Below, piece after piece: positions 26,993 to 35,382 of a stretch of DNA of 37,606 bases. Position numbers and translations under genes: made by a program. A model generated the notes under the pieces. The model did no database searches. It saw only the letters and a list, made by a program, of their open reading frames with translations, and was not told where the DNA came from. Source of the stretch: Caldisericota bacterium (lineage in GTDB: Bacteria > Caldisericota > Caldisericia > JAAYUI01); NCBI GenBank assembly GCA_029548865.1, contig JAKPMO010000012.1, forward strand, positions 1-37,606, written 5' to 3'. Each line of letters starts with the position of its first letter. Position 1 is the stretch's first letter.

Positions 26993-27607
26993 TTATTTGG
27001 AAAGCAGTTCATCCAGTTTTTTCTTCAATTCTTCGACTTTTCCCTCATCAAATCCAGTATGTTGATAGATTATATTATGATCCTTGTCGACGAGAAATGT
27101 CCTTGGGATTGATGTTACACCCAGTGCGTTGGCGATTTTCCTGTCTCCATCAACCGGGATCTCCATGGTTATGACCCTTCCGTCGATTAATTCAAATTCG
27201 CCAAGTTTTTTCCATGATTTTTTGATTTTGGAATCATTTGTTCCATCAAGCGTCTCATCAATCGCCGATTCATCCTCGAAAGGATCAATTGTTGCCGCAA
27301 GCACGACAACACCCTTGTTTTTGTACTCCCTGTGGATGAGTTCCAGGTATGGGAGCTCTTCCTTGCATGGTTCGCACCAGACTGCCCAAAAGTCTAAGAT
27401 GAGTGCTTTTGCATTATTTTCCTGCATTACCTGATATATGGTGTTTTCGTTGCCAAGCGAAACCGGATGTAGTTTATATTTTAGATCAGGGATTTTTTTC
27501 TCGCCTGTCCCTCCTCCATTTCCACCACCTCCACTCCCACAGCCCAATGAAAAGGTCAGGACCAAAATCATCGCTGCAAAAACGACGTTAAGTTTTTTTG
27601 AAGGCAT
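26993..27607 (-). CDS. TlpA-family thiol-disulfide oxidoreductase lipoprotein (copy 1, Gly-rich linker)
   Basis: Lipobox SLGC; GSGGGGNGGGTG linker; LDFWAVWCEPCKEELP; SIPRTFLVD. Confidence 0.92.
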   Translation of the reverse strand: MPSKKLNVVFAAMILVLTFSLGCGSGGGGNGGGTGEKKIPDLKYKLHPVSLGNENTIYQVMQENNAKALILDFWAVWCEPCKEELPYLELIHREYKNKGVVVLAATIDPFEDESAIDETLDGTNDSKIKKSWKKLGEFELIDGRVITMEIPVDGDRKIANALGVTSIPRTFLVDKDHNIIYQHTGFDEGKVEELKKKLDELLSK

Positions 27608-27627
27608 TTTACCCCTTTCCAAAAGCA

Positions 27628-27656
27628 AAATTATCCTATATCGCTTCATTAGTCAA
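27628..27656 (-). promoter_or_regulatory. Candidate sigma70 promoter for the TlpA genes
   Basis: Minus strand TTGACT-17nt-TAATTT. Confidence 0.55.
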
Positions 27657-27701
27657 CGGTGGTGTAATTTCTTATAAATGTTGAATTTTATGGCTTTCTC
27701 G

Positions 27702-27730
27702 TTGACACAAAGACGATTGTTTGGTAAGTT
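27702..27730 (+). promoter_or_regulatory. Candidate sigma70 promoter for mglBA
   Basis: TTGACA-17nt-TAAGTT with a TGn extended -10. Confidence 0.65.
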
Positions 27731-27758
27731 AACCCCAGTTCAAATAAGGAGATGTTCA

Positions 27759-28235
27759 ATGGGCGAAAGGCTTACCAACCTTGTCATTTCTGAAAACGAA
27801 TTGAGGGAGATAGACGAGTATCTGGCTAAAACTCTCATAGATTCTCAGGCAAAACATATTTTTCTTGTAGACAAATCTGGCCAGCTCATCTCGAAGCATG
27901 GATCGGCCACCCGTCAGGCGGCTTCGGCCATTGCTGCGCTGTCTGCTGGTGTTTATGCTGCAACCAACGAACTCGCCAGACAAATTGGCGAGAATGAATT
28001 TACAATAACATTCCACCAGGGTTCTGAGAACAACATACACATATCACTCCTCACTCAGGAAACCCTGCTCATTATGATCTTTGATAACAGGGCACCAATA
28101 GGTGCCATCAGGTTCTGGGCAAAGAAGATTTCAACAGCGCTCACACCAGTAATAGAGAGAATGTCGCAGGCCATACCGACAGAATTTGGTGGCGGGGATC
28201 TGGACAAGGACCTCGATCTGGACAATATCCTTTGA
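27759..28235 (+). CDS. mglB: Roadblock/LC7 protein MglB (GAP of MglA)
   Basis: AAGGAG RBS; FLVDKSGQLI, AALSAGVYAATNELARQIGENEF..FHQG, LIMIFD..IGAIR; acidic tail; adjacent to mglA. Confidence 0.9.
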   Translation: MGERLTNLVISENELREIDEYLAKTLIDSQAKHIFLVDKSGQLISKHGSATRQAASAIAALSAGVYAATNELARQIGENEFTITFHQGSENNIHISLLTQETLLIMIFDNRAPIGAIRFWAKKISTALTPVIERMSQAIPTEFGGGDLDKDLDLDNIL

Positions 28236-28246
28236 GCTGGTGACAA

Positions 28247-28828
28247 ATGGCCTTAGTTAATTTTGCAACAAAAGAAATCAATGTAAAACTTGTTTATTAT
28301 GGCCCAGCCCTGTCTGGAAAAACGACCAACCTGCAGGTTATTTATGACCAGGTTCCTTCAGAGGTCAAAGGCCAGTTCACTTCCATTGCAACAGCCACTG
28401 AGAGGACCCTATTTTTTGATTATCTGCCGCTTGACCTCGGGACTGTAAGAGGTTTTAAGCTCAGGCTTGGTGTCTACACCGTCCCTGGCCAGGCGATCTA
28501 TGGTCTTACTAGAAAATCAATCCTGAAGTCTGTTGATGCGATCGTCTTTGTGGCAGATTCTGACCCTGACAAACTCGAAGCAAACATAGAGAATTTTCAG
28601 GATATGGTTGAAAATCTCAGGGAATATGGCCTTGATCTGGACAAAGTTCCCCTCATCATTCAGTACAACAAGCGTGATCTTCCAAATGCGATACCGTTCG
28701 AGGTGCTCGAAGAGGCACTCAATCCAGAGGGAAGGTTCCCTATTTATGAAGCCGTTGCAACAAAAGGCATTGGTGTGAAGGAAACCCTTAAGCACGTCAC
28801 CAAGCTGGCTGTCTCAAGAATACATTAA
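28247..28828 (+). CDS. mglA: Small Ras-like GTPase MglA
   Basis: EINVKLVYYGPALSGKTTNL, TERTLFFD, YTVPGQ, DAIVFVADS, QYNKRDLP, EAVATKGIGVKET. Confidence 0.95.
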   Translation: MALVNFATKEINVKLVYYGPALSGKTTNLQVIYDQVPSEVKGQFTSIATATERTLFFDYLPLDLGTVRGFKLRLGVYTVPGQAIYGLTRKSILKSVDAIVFVADSDPDKLEANIENFQDMVENLREYGLDLDKVPLIIQYNKRDLPNAIPFEVLEEALNPEGRFPIYEAVATKGIGVKETLKHVTKLAVSRIH

Positions 28829-28835
28829 AAACCTT

Positions 28836-29549
28836 TTATTTCGGCCATCCAACAGCAGTTATGTAGATTGGGACTTCATATTTATGTTTTACTCCTAGGA
28901 ATTTTGCCACTTTGTCATCCCAGAAAGCACCTATATTGCAGGATCCAAGTCCAAGATCAACACAAAGGAGTTGCAATTGTGCCCCGATGTGTCCTGCATC
29001 AAGGAAGATATACCTGTAACCCCTTGCCCTGTATACTGAAGTTGTTCTTGCTGTTGCGGCAGTCCATATAAAAACTACCGAACAGGACTCTATCATTTTT
29101 TGTCCCAGACAGGCCTCAGACAGCTCGCCTCCGAGTTCACCAAGCCTCAGTGGCCCAAGAGAGTTGCTATTATTATAAAAATAAAGACCAGGCAAAAGCT
29201 CTTCCACCTTGTTTATTAAGATATATGTGTTGAATGGGTGTCTGTTTCCAGCAGAAGCCACTGCCCTCAGTATAGTCTGGCCAACTCTGCCGGTCTCACC
29301 TTGTGTCCCCCAGCAAAGTTTTGATAACTGAACAAGTGAAAGTGGTTTGTTTTCAAAATTTCTTTTTGATCTCCTGTGGTTTATAATTTGGAGCAGATTG
29401 GTGTCCTGGTCAAAACTGGGCAATGCAACTGGTTCGGAAATAATGTTGGGTGATGGTGGGAGCTCTTCATGAAGTTCTGGTGGATCAATTCTTTCACCTG
29501 AAAAATACGATGTTCCTTTTATAAAGTCTTCGCAAATATTCTTATCCAA
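28836..29549 (-). CDS. SagB/ThcOx-family nitroreductase-like FMN oxidoreductase
   Basis: GGAGG-6nt-TTG start; RRSKRNF..PLSL.QLS.L.WGTQG, RAVASAG, GLYFY, YRARGYRYIFLDAGH, GLGSCNIGAF. Confidence 0.9.
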   Translation of the reverse strand: MDKNICEDFIKGTSYFSGERIDPPELHEELPPSPNIISEPVALPSFDQDTNLLQIINHRRSKRNFENKPLSLVQLSKLCWGTQGETGRVGQTILRAVASAGNRHPFNTYILINKVEELLPGLYFYNNSNSLGPLRLGELGGELSEACLGQKMIESCSVVFIWTAATARTTSVYRARGYRYIFLDAGHIGAQLQLLCVDLGLGSCNIGAFWDDKVAKFLGVKHKYEVPIYITAVGWPK

Positions 29550-29669
29550 ATTGCACCTCCACCAAAAATATTGCACCAAATTATCATTTTGGCAACAGTG
29601 GCGCGTCATGGGTTGAACTTTTAAGGGATGTTTTCGGTATTGAGTTTGAAATCAGCCAGGAGGTTTTGA

Positions 29670-32618
29670 ATGAAAACCATTAGAACAATAATTTCGCTAG
29701 CCTTGGTCCTTGGGATGTTGGCATTCCCGGGATTTGCGAAGGAAAGTAGCAAGGCACTGGCAGCGTCTTCCCTCATCGTGACCCCAACACCATCCATCCT
29801 GACGGCCGGAATGGCCGCCGAACTAGTTGATCCGGCAAGGCCTTTCCAGCTCATGGTCACGGACCAGAACGGAAAGCCTGTTGATCTGACAAGAGGAGTT
29901 GATGGTTCCACTATTGACCAAAAAGTCGTATGGAACCAGTTATTTCTGGACCCTCACCCGGACAATACATATTACTATGGCAGAAATGCAGTTCTTCCCA
30001 GCTACTACTGGACGAGAACTGACTTGCACAATGATGATGGAACAAATGTCTGCAATAAGCTTCTTTTTGGAAGGAACCTTATTGAAATCGATTTTTCACA
30101 GGCTTCCAGGGGAATATACATCTTCAAAGGTTTTGTGGCAAATGATGCTGGCGAGTTGAGGATAAAAGTCATAACGCCCGACAGAAGGCTTGCAGGGGAA
30201 GCAAGGATAGCCGTAAAGGCACCTGTAGTCACCTATAAAATCATCAACACTGAAGATACAGAATCAAAGGCTTTTGAAAGTCCGGGCGACCCGGATTTTG
30301 TCATGACCGCATGTGACAACAGGATATACAATATTGGGGTGACTGTTCAGGACGCAGAAGGAAGAGTAGTCAGGGGTGTCTCGCAGGGAGTCAGCCTTTG
30401 CACTGGAATCAAAAAAACTGCTAGGTTTACACCATTTACTACCAGACCGGCAAACTACAAGTGGGTAACCAAACCAACACTTGTTCAGGGATACAATTTC
30501 TATGCAGGCGGACAGGCATATTTCCTTTCCGATGATGGTGGCCGCTATGACATGCATCTTGGGCTTGATCTCAATAACGATGGCAGGCTTGAGTGGACAA
30601 ACAAGGAAATATTCTCTTTTGGGCCGCAATATGTTTTTGATACCGCCAACAAAATATGGACTGGCTACCTCACTTATTACAACACCACCAATGTGAGATA
30701 CAACAATGGAGAATACTCGACCCATCCGTTCTTTGACCTCCCACCGGCTGAATATGGTGGCTGGGGACTCGGTTGTATCTATAACAGCCCGCACTTTGAT
30801 GGCATGATCTTTGCCAACCTCAATGACGACAAGGTGATTGATTACAGGGACAGCCTGAATCTTGATGTAAATGGCCAGACGAGTTTCTACATCTTTGCCG
30901 AAGATGCCTGCTTTGTGGGTGGCTTGGTCGGAAACAACTACTGGGCCGACATTGATGCCGCAGGAAAGCCGCCGAACACAAACACTTCTGCCAGTTTTGT
31001 AACCTCCAGGTACAAAGGCGACGGAGTTTACTGGCTTGATTTTGATGCAATACCGGAAACGCTTGCAAAAATAGCGCCTCCAAAATTCAAGCTCCTGATT
31101 GCCGAGACAAGAGAGGACCTCCCAAAATATTTCTTTAACAAGGACAATTACGATCTGGTTTACTCTACCCAAAACCATGTGGTTGTCATTGCCCAGCCTG
31201 CCGATGAAAGGGATTTGCCGATGCATATCGATGGTGAACCTGGCTTCAAGGGCAACCAGCACGAAGCAGCCATTTATGGACGCACGGAATATGAAGAACG
31301 CTATAATGATGTTGAGACGACAATGGTTTTCACGCCAACAGGCACTGGCGAAGCAGTTGTCGAGATGAGATATAGGACACAAAACAGGTCCTGGCTTGAA
31401 ATCCTTCCAAATTCACCGCAGTATTATGAGTTGCAGGAAGTCATGTGGCTTGATGTCTACAAGGGGCTTGAGATTGTCATCGAATGGGAGTCCCAGCCAG
31501 AAGTAGGGAAAACTATAAAGGCTTTTGTGACTTGTTATACATCAGGGACACAGGAAGTTGTTCCGAATGTGAACATCACCGTTAAAGGTTGCGGTTTTGA
31601 CGCCACGGCCGTTACGAACACAAAGGGGAAAGCAACCATAGAATGCACTTTCAGCCAAGAGGGCGAGATTGTAGTGCAGGCCACAAAAAATGGTTTCAGG
31701 GACACCCTCATGACCTACAGGATAGCAAAGGACAAGCAACCCCCCATACTCAATATTGACCCACTTCCAGAGCTCACCAAGGAAGAAAAAATAAATGTGA
31801 TGGGAACAACCGAGCCAGATTGTGTTGTTCTTGTCAATGGAACAAAGGCTGTTGTGGATTCAACAGGTAAATTTCTTGCAACCATCACGCTACAGAATGG
31901 CGTTAATAAGGTAACTGTTACCACGAAAGACCCGTCCGGAAACGAGACGGAAAAAATGGTGGTGGTGGAAATGGACAATATCCCACCGCTGGTGATGCTT
32001 GATAATCTTGACAAGCTCATTGATGTTGAATCGGTTGAAATAAAGGGCAGGGTCGAGCCTGGTTCCAGGGTAAGGATTGGGGAAGTCGAAGCAACCGTTG
32101 TAAATGATATCTTCAAAGCAACTATCCAGGTCAAGAAAGGCCAGAACAATCTGGTGCTTGTTGCGATGGACAAGGCCGGGAATTCGACTGAGAAACCTAT
32201 TACTTTAACGGTGTGGCACAAGACTGTTGTCGAGATGGTGATTGGCAATCCGACCATGCTCATCGATGGTCAGCCCTCCAATCCTCAGCTTTCAGTTGCC
32301 CCTTATATCAAAAGCTCGAGAACAATGGTCCCGATAAGGGCAATCTCCCAGGCTTTTGGCGCGAGGGTCGAGTGGCTCCCCGAAGATAAGAGCATTACTA
32401 TCACTCTTAACGAGGGTGGCGCATCAATATTCATAATCATGAGGGTTGGCTCAAAGACAGCTTATGTTGACCAGAAGGCCGTTGAGCTTGATACCGAGCC
32501 GGAAATAAAGTCTGGGACAACCTTTGTGCCATTAAGGTTTGTGGCCGAAAACATGGGTTGCGCGGTCAATTTTGATTCGGCCACAAAAACTGTAAGAATC
32601 GAAAGGCTTTCCTACTAG
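29670..32618 (+). CDS. Large secreted protein: uncharacterised N-terminal region with Ca-binding-type loops, Ig-like repeats, C-terminal stalk domain
   Basis: AGGAGG RBS; signal peptide; DLNNDG and NLNDDKVID loops; Ig repeats (D..PP.L...G.TEP...G.N...D..GN); SRTMVPIRAISQAFGARVEW, GTTFVPLRFVAE. Confidence 0.8.
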   Translation: MKTIRTIISLALVLGMLAFPGFAKESSKALAASSLIVTPTPSILTAGMAAELVDPARPFQLMVTDQNGKPVDLTRGVDGSTIDQKVVWNQLFLDPHPDNTYYYGRNAVLPSYYWTRTDLHNDDGTNVCNKLLFGRNLIEIDFSQASRGIYIFKGFVANDAGELRIKVITPDRRLAGEARIAVKAPVVTYKIINTEDTESKAFESPGDPDFVMTACDNRIYNIGVTVQDAEGRVVRGVSQGVSLCTGIKKTARFTPFTTRPANYKWVTKPTLVQGYNFYAGGQAYFLSDDGGRYDMHLGLDLNNDGRLEWTNKEIFSFGPQYVFDTANKIWTGYLTYYNTTNVRYNNGEYSTHPFFDLPPAEYGGWGLGCIYNSPHFDGMIFANLNDDKVIDYRDSLNLDVNGQTSFYIFAEDACFVGGLVGNNYWADIDAAGKPPNTNTSASFVTSRYKGDGVYWLDFDAIPETLAKIAPPKFKLLIAETREDLPKYFFNKDNYDLVYSTQNHVVVIAQPADERDLPMHIDGEPGFKGNQHEAAIYGRTEYEERYNDVETTMVFTPTGTGEAVVEMRYRTQNRSWLEILPNSPQYYELQEVMWLDVYKGLEIVIEWESQPEVGKTIKAFVTCYTSGTQEVVPNVNITVKGCGFDATAVTNTKGKATIECTFSQEGEIVVQATKNGFRDTLMTYRIAKDKQPPILNIDPLPELTKEEKINVMGTTEPDCVVLVNGTKAVVDSTGKFLATITLQNGVNKVTVTTKDPSGNETEKMVVVEMDNIPPLVMLDNLDKLIDVESVEIKGRVEPGSRVRIGEVEATVVNDIFKATIQVKKGQNNLVLVAMDKAGNSTEKPITLTVWHKTVVEMVIGNPTMLIDGQPSNPQLSVAPYIKSSRTMVPIRAISQAFGARVEWLPEDKSITITLNEGGASIFIIMRVGSKTAYVDQKAVELDTEPEIKSGTTFVPLRFVAENMGCAVNFDSATKTVRIERLSY

Positions 32619-32651
32619 AACCAAAAAGAACTACATCTAAACTGGCCAAAC

Positions 32652-32683
32652 TTGCCCCCGTTGGAGTTGCCTGACGGGGGCAA
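32652..32683. other. GC-rich hairpin between co-directional genes, no U-tract
   Basis: ttgcccccgtt...gacgggggcaa inverted repeat. Confidence 0.6.
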
Positions 32684-32703
32684 CGTATGTAAAATAGGTG
32701 AGA

Positions 32704-35382
32704 ATGCGAAAAATCTCTCTGATACTCTCGCTACTGGTTTTTCTGGCGCCCCTCTCCTACCCTCGCTTCGCACAATCGGCGGAACAGGGGGGGTATTTGG
32801 TCATTGCAGCCCCTGGTGCTGAAGGCGTATTGCAATCGTGGCAAAAACATAGGGAATCACAGGGTTATTCAGTAAAAATCATCAGTTCCACAGACATTAT
32901 TGCGGGGAGCAGTGGAATTGCACCTTATTTCCAACTCCAGAATTATGTCAGGGACAACCAGAAAAAATTCAATATCAAGTACCTTTTGCTTGTTGGCGAT
33001 ACAAATGACATTCCAATGCCCAGGCTCTATGCGGCGAAAAACGTGGACAATGTTGTCTGGGGGGAGCCTGGCCCGGTTTATTCCGATTATTTCTATTCCC
33101 AGCCGGACACCAACTGGGACAGGGACAATGATGGAAGACTTGGGGAGCCGGATGATGACCAGGTCCAGATTGCCCCAAAAATTGCTGTTGGAAGGATACC
33201 CTTTTCTGACCAGGCGAACATTGAGAAGTATTTGAACAGGGTAAAACTCTATGACTCGCCATCTTCCTCAAGAAAAAGTGTTTTGCAGGCAGCGGCGCTT
33301 TACTCTTTTGACAATGAGGATGGTGACCCAACCAACAAATTCACCGATGGCGCGGACATGGAAGAGAAGATCTGGAGTGATATCCTGAAGCCGATGGGGT
33401 ACATCAGAAAGACCCTCTACGAGTGTGACGGCACAAAGCCTGGTCTTCCTGGCGACATGTGCCTTAACAGCACGAATTTGCTGAATGAACTGACAAAAAA
33501 TGATTATGGAATGGTCAACTGGCTGGCACACGGCGAAGCAAACAGGATCGTCAGGAAATATTGGCTCAACGACCAGAACGGGAATGGCCACGCGGATAGT
33601 GCCACTGAAATCAGAATGCCACTCCTGCTTGATGATGGCCAGCTCTACAATAATATTATTAAATCAAGACTCATCATCTCCACGGCTTGCTCAACAGCTG
33701 ACGTCGCAGGCGGCGCCTCATCTTTGGGTTCGGCTTCCTTGCGTTCCGGCGCTGGTGCCTTTGTTGGCGCAACAGCGATAAATTACTTTACGCCGGGATG
33801 GAGCAAGCCCTCTGATGGTGGCAACCAGACAATCTCTTACTACATAACAAAAAATTATGCCGAAGGAGACGCCATTGGTTTTGCGCTTGCAAAAAGCCTT
33901 GAATCATTCGCAAAAGAGTTCAGGACAGTAAATGGCTGGCAGAACAAATACCTTCAAAATGTCTATTCATTCATCCTGCTTGGCGACCCAGGCATGAAGC
34001 AGGAACCAGTCATTCCAAAACAAGATATCCAGATGGCTTTTTCTCCAGCATCCGTTACAGTAGTCTCTGGCCAGAAGGCAGAAACAAAGCTTGTTTTTGG
34101 AGAAGTGCCCGCCATCTACCCGCTCAAATTGTCATATACGACTGCATATGGCATCACCATAACTTTCGACCCACCTGACCCGCTCCCAAACCAGGATGCC
34201 AGGGTCATTGTGCAAGTCGAGAAATTTGTTGTCCCGCAAAAAGTAGTTGTTGTTGTGAAGGGTGAGTCCCAGCAATACAAGGGCCAGGCGGAGCTCGAGA
34301 TTGTTGTCAAAGCGCCGCCACCAACTGTTACAGAGCTTGTTCTTCTGCCAGAGTATACATACGCAAAACAGGGGCAGGAATTGTGGATTGATTTGCTTGT
34401 TTCCCCATCTCTTCCCGTTGATTCTCTGTCAGCACAGCTTGAATACGATAGTGAGAAACTCCAGTTCCAGAAGATGAAGGTAGGGCAATTTGCCACGATG
34501 GACTATCGCTGTTGTGAAGCACCCAATTCGATCCAGTCAAGAGGTAGAATCATTTTCTCATTTGCCAGAAGTTTTGAAAAGTATGGCATCTCCTCCCCAG
34601 GAATTGCTTTCTCCTTCTGTTTTTTGGGAAGGAAGCAAGGAGCATCAAATATCTCATTGACACTTGCCACTGTCAAATCGCCGGATTTGGCAGTCCACTT
34701 GTTGTCTGATTTGCCTATTTGCAGAACCAATATCGACAAGAACGGTTTTTCATTGCAAACAAGCATTGCAGATGGGCAAAACATAAAGGGTAATATCGTT
34801 ACTGTTTCTGGAAGCTCAACCAAGGACCAGGTGCTTGTCGTGGAAGGCCAGAGCAAGAAATATATTCCAAGACTGACCTCCGAAGGCAACTATTCTGTTG
34901 ATATTGATCTTGATGTGCACTCCAGCGACGTGCTCTTTAAAGTCGAGGATTCTTCTTATGGCAGATCGCTTTGGGTTAGAAGAACAATAAATAGAACCGA
35001 TATCAGAGAGCTGGCATTTCATATTGATGACAGAAAAGCCTGGAACAATGGAAATTGTGAAGAGCTCGAAGCGTCCCCATTTATAATCAATGGAAAAACG
35101 CTTGTGCCATTGAGGTATATTGCCGAAAAGCTGGGCTACCAGACCAAATGGCTTGCATCTGAGCAGAGAATAGACCTTTTGAAAGGGCAAGACATAATAA
35201 CCATGTGGGTTGGCAAGAAAAATGCCTACATAAACGGACAACCATACCAGCTTGATGCAACGCCCCAAATCAGGGCAGGTAGGACATTTGTTCCGCTCCG
35301 TTTTGTTGCGGATGCAATCAATTGTGATGTCAAATGGGACCAGACAACAAGAACTGCCATTGTCCGGGCAGAAATTACCTGA
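32704..35382 (+). CDS. C25 (gingipain-family) cysteine peptidase with cohesin-like domain and C-terminal stalk domain
   Basis: Signal peptide; YLLLVGD, SDYFYS, IAVGRIP, NWLAHG (His), STACS (Cys), LLGDP; cohesin-like LEYDSEKLQF..GRIIF..FSFCF..GASNISL; GKTLVPLRYIAE, GRTFVPLRFVAD. Start may be GTG 32698. Confidence 0.87.
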   Translation: MRKISLILSLLVFLAPLSYPRFAQSAEQGGYLVIAAPGAEGVLQSWQKHRESQGYSVKIISSTDIIAGSSGIAPYFQLQNYVRDNQKKFNIKYLLLVGDTNDIPMPRLYAAKNVDNVVWGEPGPVYSDYFYSQPDTNWDRDNDGRLGEPDDDQVQIAPKIAVGRIPFSDQANIEKYLNRVKLYDSPSSSRKSVLQAAALYSFDNEDGDPTNKFTDGADMEEKIWSDILKPMGYIRKTLYECDGTKPGLPGDMCLNSTNLLNELTKNDYGMVNWLAHGEANRIVRKYWLNDQNGNGHADSATEIRMPLLLDDGQLYNNIIKSRLIISTACSTADVAGGASSLGSASLRSGAGAFVGATAINYFTPGWSKPSDGGNQTISYYITKNYAEGDAIGFALAKSLESFAKEFRTVNGWQNKYLQNVYSFILLGDPGMKQEPVIPKQDIQMAFSPASVTVVSGQKAETKLVFGEVPAIYPLKLSYTTAYGITITFDPPDPLPNQDARVIVQVEKFVVPQKVVVVVKGESQQYKGQAELEIVVKAPPPTVTELVLLPEYTYAKQGQELWIDLLVSPSLPVDSLSAQLEYDSEKLQFQKMKVGQFATMDYRCCEAPNSIQSRGRIIFSFARSFEKYGISSPGIAFSFCFLGRKQGASNISLTLATVKSPDLAVHLLSDLPICRTNIDKNGFSLQTSIADGQNIKGNIVTVSGSSTKDQVLVVEGQSKKYIPRLTSEGNYSVDIDLDVHSSDVLFKVEDSSYGRSLWVRRTINRTDIRELAFHIDDRKAWNNGNCEELEASPFIINGKTLVPLRYIAEKLGYQTKWLASEQRIDLLKGQDIITMWVGKKNAYINGQPYQLDATPQIRAGRTFVPLRFVADAINCDVKWDQTTRTAIVRAEIT

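Noticed and set aside
16222..27607. Selenocysteine recoding in the redox proteins
   Set aside because: The redox-motif positions are sense codons within uninterrupted ORFs; no in-frame TGA at a catalytic Cys position.
28836..29549. SagB-like gene as evidence of a RiPP/TOMM cluster
   Set aside because: No YcaO cyclodehydratase, precursor peptide or transporter nearby; stand-alone SagB-like nitroreductases are common in anaerobes.
30264..31382. 372-aa minus-strand ORF
   Set aside because: Entirely antisense to the well-supported 29670-32618 gene, with no recognisable motifs; a shadow ORF.
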